A stretch of 64,000 bases of DNA from a virus. This document shows positions 48,974 to 57,620 of this stretch, in pieces (within the stretch, counting starts at the first letter, position 1; each line of letters begins with the position of its first letter). The notes beneath the pieces are model-generated. The model was not told the origin of the DNA. It saw nothing but the letters and a program-made list of their open reading frames with translations, and ran no database searches. A program made the position numbers and the translations under genes. Where the stretch lies: the IMG/VR virus record IMGVR_UViG_3300009194_000008, positions 1 through 64,000 of that record; one strand, 5' to 3'.

Positions 48974-49792
48974 TTACGCGATGCTACCTTGGTCCAGCAC
49001 CCAGTCGCCACCGGCATCGCTAAAGCCCATGGACTCGAGCAACCAACGAGTGGCTTGCGGGGTCATGTTGGCGGTCTCCACCGCCGCGGCTTCGGCTTCG
49101 GCTTGGGTAGCGTTGCCTTGGTTCTCCACGCTATCCAGACCCACGTCGGCTTTCACCAGGGTCACTGCACCGGATTTACCCGCAACGGTGGTGACAGACT
49201 CGGAGAAGCTGATCACACCGGTGCCACCGTCGTAGGACAGATCACCGCTGACACTGATGGCGTTACGAGCACGGGTATCAGTGAAGTAGAGGTTGGTAGA
49301 GCCTTCGGCCAGCCCATCGGTGGTGGCCGGACCTGCGTTGGCCTCGGTCATGTTGATGTAGGCACTGCCGGACCAACGGTAGATGTCGTTGGTGTCCAGG
49401 GCGATGTAGATGACGCTGGTCTCACCAGTGGCGGGGAAGGACGCCTCATCGGCAAACTCCAGCACATCATCCACGTAGGCGGGCAGCTGGGAAGACGGGA
49501 TCTTGCCGGAGCTGTTCAGGGTGGCGATACCATCGGCCACACCCACCTGGTCCACGGCAACCTTGGCTGCCAGGGCGGTTTCCAGACCACTTACTCCGGA
49601 GATACCCAGTTCGTCCAGCTGTTGCTGAATGGCCTGGATGTCACCCGGGACCGGCACCAGGAAGCCACCTTGAGTTGCCCCGTCATGAATGCGAAGCTGG
49701 TTGAGTTCGGTATCCAGGGAGAGGGAACCCGCTGCCCCGGTGAAACCATCATTCTGAACCGTTGTGCCGCGCCGAAACTGAATCTTTAACAT
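48974..49792 (-). CDS. fibre protein with Mtd-N-like module
   Basis: IQFRRGTT..NDGFTGAAGSLSLDTE...LRIHDGATQGG; VAGKSGAVTLVKADVGLDSVEN fibre repeat. Confidence 0.75.
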   Translation of the reverse strand: MLKIQFRRGTTVQNDGFTGAAGSLSLDTELNQLRIHDGATQGGFLVPVPGDIQAIQQQLDELGISGVSGLETALAAKVAVDQVGVADGIATLNSSGKIPSSQLPAYVDDVLEFADEASFPATGETSVIYIALDTNDIYRWSGSAYINMTEANAGPATTDGLAEGSTNLYFTDTRARNAISVSGDLSYDGGTGVISFSESVTTVAGKSGAVTLVKADVGLDSVENQGNATQAEAEAAAVETANMTPQATRWLLESMGFSDAGGDWVLDQGSIA

Positions 49793-49836
49793 GTTAGTTC
49801 TCCTAACGTATTGGTTGGTACTTCGTAAACATTGCC

Positions 49837-50406
49837 TTAATTAGGCAAGGACCCCTGGTCATGTACCCAGGTATCGTCGTCGGGATCGTGAACAATCCCT
49901 ACTTCACCCATTTTACCGGTGAAATATTGACCGAACTCCTCGGTATTAAGCTTAGCATCCAGTGCTTGCTGTGTGGCGGTGGAAACCGGTTTGTCCATGT
50001 CCGATGTGTTGTCGACTTGGTCCAGTCCCAGGTGGGCTGGGGTCAAGACCATCCACCCTAGGTTTTGACCGTCATTGGTCATCACCTTGCCTGCATCCTG
50101 CGGTTCCAATTGGTAGAGGGCTTCCATGGTCCGAATCCAATCGTCTCGGGTGCCCTGGAATCCATTCTCCACTGCCGCATCAAAGGCGGATTTGCCTTTT
50201 AGTGAACTTAGCCACTGGATTTCCGTTCCAGGAAATCCATACTCGACCGCGATCTCATAAGCGGACTTGCCTTTAAGACCCGTGCGGAGTGTCTCGACAC
50301 TGATTCGGCGGTTCACCCATTTCAATCCCGAGCGGGAGATGATTTCTAGCCAACCTTCCGTCGGGATCTGCGTAAGTGGATCGAAATCCGAAATACGATA
50401 TCCCAT
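49837..50406 (-). CDS. short fibre protein related to the collagen-like protein
   Basis: GKSAYEIA...GF.GT...WL.SLKG repeats; GLDQVDNTSDMDKPVSTATQ repeat. Confidence 0.7.
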   Translation of the reverse strand: MGYRISDFDPLTQIPTEGWLEIISRSGLKWVNRRISVETLRTGLKGKSAYEIAVEYGFPGTEIQWLSSLKGKSAFDAAVENGFQGTRDDWIRTMEALYQLEPQDAGKVMTNDGQNLGWMVLTPAHLGLDQVDNTSDMDKPVSTATQQALDAKLNTEEFGQYFTGKMGEVGIVHDPDDDTWVHDQGSLPN

Positions 50407-50417
50407 TTGTAACCCCT

Positions 50418-51284
50418 TTAAGTCGGTCGCGTCTCACTGTACCGGGTGAATGCCGCGGCGAGCTTTTCATCGTAGCGGTTTTTCTCGTACGCAGGACCGT
50501 TATATCGACGGGCATAACGCGCCCAATGTTGCGTCCTCAGTGCATCAAGCAAAACCGGATCACGTTGGTTGAATTTAACAAACGCCATCAGATGATCACG
50601 TTCGCTACGTTTCATCGCACTCACGTAGGTTTGAGCTGAAGTGTACCCCAGGTGTTCCCAGTGGTACCCCATGATCTGGAAAAGTCCCCAGGAAGCAGAC
50701 TCCAGTGCCGATACCTCGTGCAGTTGCTGTGCTGCATTCAGACGCTGGTGTTCGTCAAGACCGCCCTTATAGCCACCCGGGCTTGAATTAACCAGATGCG
50801 GATACTGATCCACATAGTCGTCAACCGCAATACCGTGGTGCTTCATACGACGGCGCATGATGTGACGCTCGAACAGGATCGCTGGGGTATCAGGAGCGAA
50901 GAAACCGCTACCGCGTGACTCAACGGCGTTCACGGCCATGATCGCTGCCACGGGAACATCCAGCATCCTCGCCGCGTCTTCCAGGTCTTCCTGAGAGAGA
51001 ACCGTGGGGTCCTTGGGGTGTTTCTCCAGACAGGCGAACGTCTTGGGACCGACTCGACCATCCTGTACCAGCCCGACGTCTTTCTGGAAACGACGAACCA
51101 CACGTTCGGTGCCAGGACCAAAGTCCCCGTCCACCGAGATGGCGTAACCCGCTTCCTTCAATAGCCGTTGGATGCTCTGAACCTCGGGGCCGTTATCCCC
51201 CAGATCGATCATGACAACTTGCTGTGGGACCACATCGACCTGCTCCCACCAATGGGGGGCACTGTCATCGAAAGTGTTTGACAT
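50418..51284 (-). CDS. endolysin paralogue 2: peptidoglycan-binding domain plus N-acetylmuramidase
   Basis: VDGDFGPGTE..VRRFQ; AVESRGSGF, ILFERH, SASWGLFQIMG and YNGPAY. Confidence 0.92.
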   Translation of the reverse strand: MSNTFDDSAPHWWEQVDVVPQQVVMIDLGDNGPEVQSIQRLLKEAGYAISVDGDFGPGTERVVRRFQKDVGLVQDGRVGPKTFACLEKHPKDPTVLSQEDLEDAARMLDVPVAAIMAVNAVESRGSGFFAPDTPAILFERHIMRRRMKHHGIAVDDYVDQYPHLVNSSPGGYKGGLDEHQRLNAAQQLHEVSALESASWGLFQIMGYHWEHLGYTSAQTYVSAMKRSERDHLMAFVKFNQRDPVLLDALRTQHWARYARRYNGPAYEKNRYDEKLAAAFTRYSETRPT

Positions 51285-51285
51285 A

Positions 51286-51600
51286 TTACATTACCTCGGG
51301 TCGCTGATTCTGCGCACACCGTTCGAGCTTGTCCAGTGTTGCGTCATCACAGGCGCCAGTGGGGGATAGCTGAAGGTCGCGTTGAAAAGCCTTCAGTGAC
51401 CGGAAGGTCTGGGCATCGACTTCCCCATGAATCGGGGACGAGTACCCAACACGCCGGAGGAGGGACTGTACATAACGACAATCGCTATCTAGATGATCAA
51501 TCGCCACGAAAGGTCTCCCGATAAAAACCGTAAACCCCCACGGCTGCCGACATCGTTTTACGCCGCCATTTCGATACCCCGGACGACAATAACGCTTCAC
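51286..51600 (-). CDS. stand-alone peptidoglycan-binding domain protein
   Basis: VQSLLRRVGY...LKAFQRDLQLSPTGACDDATL. Confidence 0.6.
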   Translation of the reverse strand: MKRYCRPGYRNGGVKRCRQPWGFTVFIGRPFVAIDHLDSDCRYVQSLLRRVGYSSPIHGEVDAQTFRSLKAFQRDLQLSPTGACDDATLDKLERCAQNQRPEVM

Positions 51601-51856
51601 GAAACTTTCGATTGGCTACCCGCCAACCCACACCTGATTTCAACAGGTAATCGTGTACCACAGCCGCTGGGAAATACCGACACACCGGGGGGAAGAACAA
51701 CCAGAAAATACGCGGAATGGTTGCGCCATCGGTAATGAAAAGCCGGGGTACTTCTTCACCAACCACCCGCATGACTTCGTGCAGACGATATCGAACCGGT
51801 TTCCACCACCGATCTGGTAATAAGATGTCTACCGGAAAACACGTTTTTTGGGTCAT
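51497..51856 (-). CDS. DUF1353-like protein
   Basis: FITDGATIPR..W and AAVVHDYL motifs. Confidence 0.75.
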   Translation of the reverse strand: MTQKTCFPVDILLPDRWWKPVRYRLHEVMRVVGEEVPRLFITDGATIPRIFWLFFPPVCRYFPAAVVHDYLLKSGVGWRVANRKFREALLSSGVSKWRRKTMSAAVGVYGFYRETFRGD

Positions 51857-51874
51857 GTCACATCCCCGCTATAA

Positions 51875-52627
51875 TTACACCAACCGCAGGCACGGACGCC
51901 ACCCATAGGCAAGGTCGGTTGCCGATGAGACATCAGCGTTGAAGTCAGTCACATCCGTCGTCCCACCACGCAGAATCCGCTGGCCGGCATCCAGGTCAGA
52001 GACTTCTTGGGTCCAGGACGCACTACCGTCACCTGATCCGACAATCAAATCGGCGTTGGTATAACCAACACCCCAACCCAGGCCGGTGGGATCATCCACG
52101 TGCACCGGGTACATCAGTCGGTTCCACTCACCACCTGAGGCGGCTGCAGGATCACCATCACCACCCGTCAACAGGGTGACTCGGAATTGATAACCGTCAA
52201 TAGTGATGATCGGTGCGCCACCATCATTGAGTACGACGCCTGCAGCGCTGAGGGCATCCCAGGACACACTGTTGTGAATCGGCTTCTTAGCGACAAAGAG
52301 GATCTCACCATCTTTGACAAACTTCAGCCAGGCGGATTCTGCATCGTGCCGCAGAGTCCCTTCGGTAACACCCACCTCGGTGGCCAAAGCACCATAAGTG
52401 ATCATATCGGCTCCGGCGACCTCGCCGAAGAATCCGGTAGTGCCGTCACCGTTAGCCAATGCTGCCGGACCAGGCGCCAGCGACCGGGTGCTCACCTCAA
52501 CACCCCCTAAGGTAACACCGTCATGGAGACGCAGGGTGTTGCGCTCCGTATCCACTGACAACTCACCTGGACTTAATACCAGTTGGTTGTTCTTGGCGGT
52601 GTTACCGCGCAATAACTGTATCCTCAT
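51875..52627 (-). CDS. virion protein: Mtd-N-like module plus WRPxL-type C-terminal domain
   Basis: IQLLRGNT...GELSVDTE..TLRLHDG.TLGG; GFFGEV, WLKF, GEWNRLM and GWRPCL. Confidence 0.75.
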   Translation of the reverse strand: MRIQLLRGNTAKNNQLVLSPGELSVDTERNTLRLHDGVTLGGVEVSTRSLAPGPAALANGDGTTGFFGEVAGADMITYGALATEVGVTEGTLRHDAESAWLKFVKDGEILFVAKKPIHNSVSWDALSAAGVVLNDGGAPIITIDGYQFRVTLLTGGDGDPAAASGGEWNRLMYPVHVDDPTGLGWGVGYTNADLIVGSGDGSASWTQEVSDLDAGQRILRGGTTDVTDFNADVSSATDLAYGWRPCLRLV

Positions 52628-52778
52628 GGATCACTCCTTATGCACCCATTTCATTGGAAACGGAAGAAGCTCCCGTTATCCGTCGGTTGACTGTTGACCA
52701 AAATCACATCTCTGTCATACCATCGGTGTTTTTCGGCATAAACAGGACCCCACTTAAGGGGTCCGGTGTTATGTTACT

Positions 52779-53162
52779 TCACAGAAAAAACTTGAAAACG
52801 GCAAGAGTATTTCCGATTATGCCATTAATCAGTTCACTCACTCCAGTACTTTTCGGTGTAACGATTTCGGCCACCGCCAACGCAACCCCGAAAATACCCA
52901 TCAGCCCCGAGACCGCTAGTAACACGGTTCGGTAGCTGTCCCGACCTCGCACCTGTCCAACTTCGCGTTCCAGTAGTCGTTCCTGTAACGATGTGTCCGG
53001 TAGCTGATAGACCAATGATAAGACTTCTTGACCAGTCGTTTCCCGAGACACGCTATTATTGCCAGGGAGGTAGGCATTGAGAACCAGTAACAAGGTACTG
53101 GAGTAAGGACTACGTCGCAGGGGTTTATCACCCAATTCGATTAGGGCGGCTTCGACATTCAT
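52779..53162 (-). CDS. membrane protein next to spanins (possible holin)
   Basis: C-terminal hydrophobic helices; ATGA-coupled to the o-spanin gene. Confidence 0.45.
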   Translation of the reverse strand: MNVEAALIELGDKPLRRSPYSSTLLLVLNAYLPGNNSVSRETTGQEVLSLVYQLPDTSLQERLLEREVGQVRGRDSYRTVLLAVSGLMGIFGVALAVAEIVTPKSTGVSELINGIIGNTLAVFKFFL

Positions 53163-53530
53163 TCGCTCGCCTCCATGTCCTGTTGTAAATCATACCACCC
53201 CCGAAGACCTTCCAGTTGATTATTGCAATTACCCAATTCCTGGGTTTGTTCATTCCAGTGGTCTGTCATTAACAGGAAACGGGCTTCCCACACATTTTCG
53301 GCTTGTGGGTAATAGCTGTCCGCGGTTACTAACATCTCACGGCTTGGAGGTGACGCTACATAACATGGCTTAGTCAGACTGATTGGCGGTACAATCAGCT
53401 GAGGTTCCTCCGGCACGGCAGTATGTGTCGCGCATCCCGCGAGCCAAACGGTCAAAGTGGTCAGTAGTAACAGCCCGATCAGGTTCGGGGGTGGGACTCT
53501 GGGCTTCAGGCACTCGGGGAGGCGTCTCAT
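53159..53530 (-). CDS. o-spanin (Rz1-like lipoprotein)
   Basis: Lipobox LAGC, Pro-rich segment, C...CN..L; overlaps the i-spanin 3' end; start approximate. Confidence 0.75.
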   Translation of the reverse strand: MRRLPECLKPRVPPPNLIGLLLLTTLTVWLAGCATHTAVPEEPQLIVPPISLTKPCYVASPPSREMLVTADSYYPQAENVWEARFLLMTDHWNEQTQELGNCNNQLEGLRGWYDLQQDMEASE

Positions 53531-53915
53531 TAACTGCTGGAGCCGCTTCAGCCACTTCGGTAGGGGTAGGGTCTGGGGTCGGAGTGACAGGCACTGAGGT
53601 GTCTTCTGCTGCGTTTTTAAAGATAAGGTAGTCACGAATCAGTTCCTCGCGATCCAGGCGTTGTTGATGGCGGTTTTCTACCAAGTCTTGAGTGACTGTG
53701 GCGACCACGGTCTGATCTATTTTTTGGCGTTCTTGGGCGTTAGCATGAAGTGCCACCGCCTGTTGGACGGCTTCTTCACTGACATGCAGGTCCCCTGCCA
53801 GTGACTCGACCCGTTGGGTTTGAAGGTACAGCGCCAGCCCAAGTAACAGGAGAGCCCCTAGGAAAACACCTTCGTACCACTTTGGACGTATCTTGGTCAA
53901 TAACCCGCGTAGCAT
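53370..53915 (-). CDS. i-spanin (Rz-like)
   Basis: N-terminal TM, coiled coil, C-terminal YC...C; AAGGA RBS. Confidence 0.72.
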   Translation of the reverse strand: MLRGLLTKIRPKWYEGVFLGALLLLGLALYLQTQRVESLAGDLHVSEEAVQQAVALHANAQERQKIDQTVVATVTQDLVENRHQQRLDREELIRDYLIFKNAAEDTSVPVTPTPDPTPTEVAEAAPAVNETPPRVPEAQSPTPEPDRAVTTDHFDRLARGMRDTYCRAGGTSADCTANQSD

Positions 53916-53938
53916 AGTTGGTTCCTTGAGCAGCACAC

Positions 53939-54514
53939 TCAAATCATGAAACGTAAGTAGTGTAGCCCGACGGCTGTTGCATCAACAGCATGTTCGTCCA
54001 GTGTGTCAAGGCCCACTCCCCACTCTAGATCACGTCGCAACGCCAGAGCGTCACGTACGATGCTTTTCTTATCTTTCATTTTGCGCATTGCTGACAGATC
54101 CACCCCTGCTGCCATCTTGGCCACATTGGGTTCTACCTGATACAGCGGTAGATACGCATCATACGCCATAAGCGCTTGACGAACAACCGCCAAGCATTCA
54201 GTTAGGGCCGCAAAAGTTTGCACAAAGCGACCCTGATAAGGCGATTCGGCAATCACCGCTTGTGGTCGGATGCAATGAAGTAAGTAGAGCAGCTCGTCAT
54301 GGTGTTGTTGCAGTCGTGCTGTTCGTCCACCATGGAGTTCTTCAATTGCACCGTACCCATTGGTGTTGTTGGTCGCCTTTAACGTAAAACCGTCTTCCAC
54401 TCGATACTTCGGTGACTCAAGGTCCCAGCTAAGAATGGACACCCCCAAGGTGGAGGTGCCCGGATCTATGCCCATGACCGTGAAGGGTCGAGTGGAGGTG
54501 GGCATTACCAGCAC
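53939..54514 (-). CDS. ruvC: RuvC-like Holliday junction resolvase
   Basis: MGIDPGT, IAESPY, EP..AK and EHAVDATAVG motifs. Confidence 0.85.
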   Translation of the reverse strand: MLVMPTSTRPFTVMGIDPGTSTLGVSILSWDLESPKYRVEDGFTLKATNNTNGYGAIEELHGGRTARLQQHHDELLYLLHCIRPQAVIAESPYQGRFVQTFAALTECLAVVRQALMAYDAYLPLYQVEPNVAKMAAGVDLSAMRKMKDKKSIVRDALALRRDLEWGVGLDTLDEHAVDATAVGLHYLRFMI

Positions 54515-54516
54515 GG

Positions 54517-55404
54517 TTACAGGAAGGTCGCGTTGTTGACGTCCTGCTCACCCAGCATCGGTTCAACCCCACCCACGTCCAGCGTGAAGGTTGCCCCGTT
54601 GGTGGCGTACCCGATCGCATGATAGGTCGCGACATGCACATTCACCTGACAGGCAATGCACTCTTGGTAGGTGAACGTCCCGGCACCACCCGAACTGCCC
54701 TGGACTTCCTTGTCGACACCGGAACACAGGGCGATCTCGGAGATCACTGGTGAGCGAACGGACCCTGTACGGATTTTGTGGGCATTGAGGATTTCGGCGA
54801 TATCATCCGGACCCAACTCAACGGTCATCACCGCTGAAGCGGACTCAGAACTACTGGAACCGAGGACGATACCAGTGTTTGAGATAGCGGGGCGTTCCGG
54901 GTTGAGGTTATCGGTAGTCGGGGTAAAAGGCGTGGTGGTTGCCACCCCATCAGTCACCTCTACACGCTGTAGCTGCGCTACCACATCGTCCATGGTAATA
55001 CGACGCAGATAGTAGGCCACATAGTTCACCCCATCGTGGGTTTCCAGCACCCGTAAGGCGTAACGGTCACGAACATGCGCCGGGAGATCATTGGTGACTT
55101 CACGTAACACAAAGGGGATCTGTCCATAGAGACCCGCATCAGTAGCGCGATGCGGGACCGGTACGGTTTCATCACTACCATCGTCAGCCTTGACGGTAGC
55201 GTGGCCCAGGTTACCGATCGCGAAGTAGCGCATGGCTGGGGTCTGTGTCGCAGGCGGAGTAACACCGGCCTGAACATCGAAACGTTCATTGAGAGTGGTG
55301 TTCTCAATCAATTCAAACGGGATGCCCAGGTTTTTGATCGTTTGCAAATACGTCCCGTAAACAGTCCGCGTGACGCCAATGATTTCTTGGTCCATAGAGG
55401 CCAT
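54517..55404 (-). CDS. virion structural protein (phiKZ gp139-like)
   Basis: NTTLNERF, YFAIGNLGH, IPFVLRE and ISEIALCSGVD segments of a conserved phiKZ-type family. Confidence 0.7.
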   Translation of the reverse strand: MASMDQEIIGVTRTVYGTYLQTIKNLGIPFELIENTTLNERFDVQAGVTPPATQTPAMRYFAIGNLGHATVKADDGSDETVPVPHRATDAGLYGQIPFVLREVTNDLPAHVRDRYALRVLETHDGVNYVAYYLRRITMDDVVAQLQRVEVTDGVATTTPFTPTTDNLNPERPAISNTGIVLGSSSSESASAVMTVELGPDDIAEILNAHKIRTGSVRSPVISEIALCSGVDKEVQGSSGGAGTFTYQECIACQVNVHVATYHAIGYATNGATFTLDVGGVEPMLGEQDVNNATFL

Positions 55405-55474
55405 GATGTATTCCTTTCCTTAATTCGTGTGGGACTAATATCGTCAAAGGATTAGTGGTGTTTTGTTAAAGTAA

Positions 55475-55960
55475 TCAACGTAACCTAAGGTTGATCCCAT
55501 CAAAATGGAAGCGGTCTTCTACTGTTTCGTTCCACAACAACTCCACAGGATGACTGTACGAGTCTTCGATTGACCGTAGTTCACGAATCAACACCCCCCA
55601 CTGTTTTTGAAAATATCGAACGGAGGAGAACGAATCTCCACGGTCGATGTAGCGAATAAGATAATCATCCAGTAGGGATGGGTGTGGATACACTCGGTAA
55701 TGAAAAATTTCCTGATTGATGAGTTGTTGAATGATGGGCATCTCAGTCGCAGCGAAGATAATCCTTGCGGTTGATAGATGACACTTTAACATTCTAATGT
55801 AGTTTACCGGAAAAGTCGGATCACCGCGGTATCCATTTGTATCGAGGTCTATCACCGTATCATCCGGTATGGATTTCGTGTGATATAGTTGGTTTTGTAT
55901 TGACCGGAACATCCGGGACTTTCCCACGCCCGGAAAACCACAGACGACATGTGGTTGCAT
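55475..55960 (-). CDS. P-loop (nucleotide kinase-like) protein
   Basis: Walker A VVCGFPGVGKS. Confidence 0.75.
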   Translation of the reverse strand: MQPHVVCGFPGVGKSRMFRSIQNQLYHTKSIPDDTVIDLDTNGYRGDPTFPVNYIRMLKCHLSTARIIFAATEMPIIQQLINQEIFHYRVYPHPSLLDDYLIRYIDRGDSFSSVRYFQKQWGVLIRELRSIEDSYSHPVELLWNETVEDRFHFDGINLRLR

Positions 55961-55965
55961 GAGGG

Positions 55966-56517
55966 TTACCCGAATGTGAAGTCAGTGGTTAATGCTACCC
56001 GAAACTCCCCTGGGTGGGGGAGTACATAGTGAGGGATGTAACACGGAAAGATCACCATCATACCCGTTGTCGGGGAAATGTGGTGATTCGCGAAATATCC
56101 ACGTCGAACCGGTGTGGGGTATGATCGACATGCCGCACCACGGGGATCCATCAGGGTGAGGTCCCCTGGCGCCGCCGCAAGATACAACACCGTGGTCAAC
56201 AGTGAATGACCGTGGATATGGGGTTCAATCCCGGCGTTGTTATGTCCATGAACCGCCCAACTGTGATAGGACATTGTTGATTCGTCAATTGGGTAATCCC
56301 AGCAGTCTTTTGTGTACTGTAAGACGGCTGGTACGATTACCTCGCGCCGCAAGCGCCACAAGTAGGGCGTGTGTTCCTCACTAATGATCTCTTGCTCGTC
56401 CGCACCCCACTGGGCCATTTGCGGACTACTAAAGATTTCAGTAATGGCGCGTTCTTCGTCGATGTCCTTTATAACCTGTTGTCCAATCTGTGTGCGCCAC
56501 GGTTCATGGTATTCCAT
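55966..56517 (-). CDS. 2OG-Fe(II) oxygenase (HxH type)
   Basis: SWA, PHIH, VLYL, DPRG, IFPCYIPHYV and RVAL motifs. Confidence 0.82.
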   Translation of the reverse strand: MEYHEPWRTQIGQQVIKDIDEERAITEIFSSPQMAQWGADEQEIISEEHTPYLWRLRREVIVPAVLQYTKDCWDYPIDESTMSYHSWAVHGHNNAGIEPHIHGHSLLTTVLYLAAAPGDLTLMDPRGAACRSYPTPVRRGYFANHHISPTTGMMVIFPCYIPHYVLPHPGEFRVALTTDFTFG

Positions 56518-57617
56518 TACGCCTCCCGGCTAGTGGCAATTAAACCACTCTCATTAACGTAGGGGGTAGGTTCCAGCTGACCTGTCATCCCATTAGCTTC
56601 GATAATGTCTGGTGCTAGACGTTTCATTTTCTGACAATGGTGTTCGACCAGACCCAAGGCCTTATGGTCGTGGGTTGTCTTTTTGCAGGAATTACAAATC
56701 GAAAACATGGGACACCCATAACAGCTATACTTCATCACGCTGATTTCGGGGTCGTTCTGTAGTGGTGTGGTCAACTCTCCGGTCATTTCACTATTAAAGT
56801 CAATCGCGTATTTTTTATCGTCAGCAAATGCTGGACAGCTATAGTAGTCGCCGGATGGTTGTAGCGTACGTATCCCTGCATCACACTGTCGCGACAATGG
56901 GCAAGTAGTGAGTTCCCCTCTCAACTTACGTACCATCTGCTTTGTATTATATTCCCACTCCGTGAGGCCGGCTTTCCATATATCAACGTAGTGTCCATAC
57001 ATGTCAGCAAGTAGGTAAAGGGATCCCTCATTGCCCATTTGTCGGCCTTTGATCTCTACCGATGGCCCCGATGACATTGCGTAGTTGGCTTTACATTCAA
57101 CTTCCATCTCACGGGCCAGACGGACGTGATCCAAAACCCGGTCGGCATTGTCTTCATCGATAACCGAAATGAAGTCTGGCCGGTAACCACAGATATCCAA
57201 CATGCAATCGGAGACTTTCCAGAACTCTTCTTCGGTAAAGGGGGTAAAATCCCCCTTCAGTCGCTTATCGCCGTACTGGAAACTGGTAATTACCGAGAAC
57301 TTTGGGTGTTGAAAAACCGCCCGCCAACGCTCGGGTTTCTTGTAGAACGGCCACAGGTTACTGGTGATACTTACAATAACATCAAGGTTCTCATCATCGA
57401 GGTAGTCCAGCAGTTCTTGGTAATAGTCAGGGGTCATCATCAGCGGATCGCCACCGTTGACAATAATTGTCTCTGTCTCCGGGAACCTAACCAGGAAGGC
57501 TTTGATTTGATCCAATGACAACTCATCCCCTGCATCATCGGCAATCGACGTACTGGAACAGAAGGTGCATTTGAAATTACACCGTTCTGTTGGTTTAATT
57601 ACGAGATCCACACCCAC
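56517..57617 (-). CDS. radical SAM/SPASM-domain maturase 2
   Basis: CNFKCTFC; GGDPL; Cys-rich C-terminus (CP..C, YSCP, CYGC...CNSC...C). Confidence 0.92.
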   Translation of the reverse strand: MGVDLVIKPTERCNFKCTFCSSTSIADDAGDELSLDQIKAFLVRFPETETIIVNGGDPLMMTPDYYQELLDYLDDENLDVIVSITSNLWPFYKKPERWRAVFQHPKFSVITSFQYGDKRLKGDFTPFTEEEFWKVSDCMLDICGYRPDFISVIDEDNADRVLDHVRLAREMEVECKANYAMSSGPSVEIKGRQMGNEGSLYLLADMYGHYVDIWKAGLTEWEYNTKQMVRKLRGELTTCPLSRQCDAGIRTLQPSGDYYSCPAFADDKKYAIDFNSEMTGELTTPLQNDPEISVMKYSCYGCPMFSICNSCKKTTHDHKALGLVEHHCQKMKRLAPDIIEANGMTGQLEPTPYVNESGLIATSREA

Positions 57618-57620
57618 TCC

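Noticed and set aside
45911-49789. Plus-strand ORFs 45911-46741 and 48989-49789
   Set aside because: Mirror frames of the collagen-like and Mtd-N fibre genes.
38906-52627. Diversity-generating retroelement
   Set aside because: No reverse transcriptase and no template/variable repeat pair differing only at adenines within the window.
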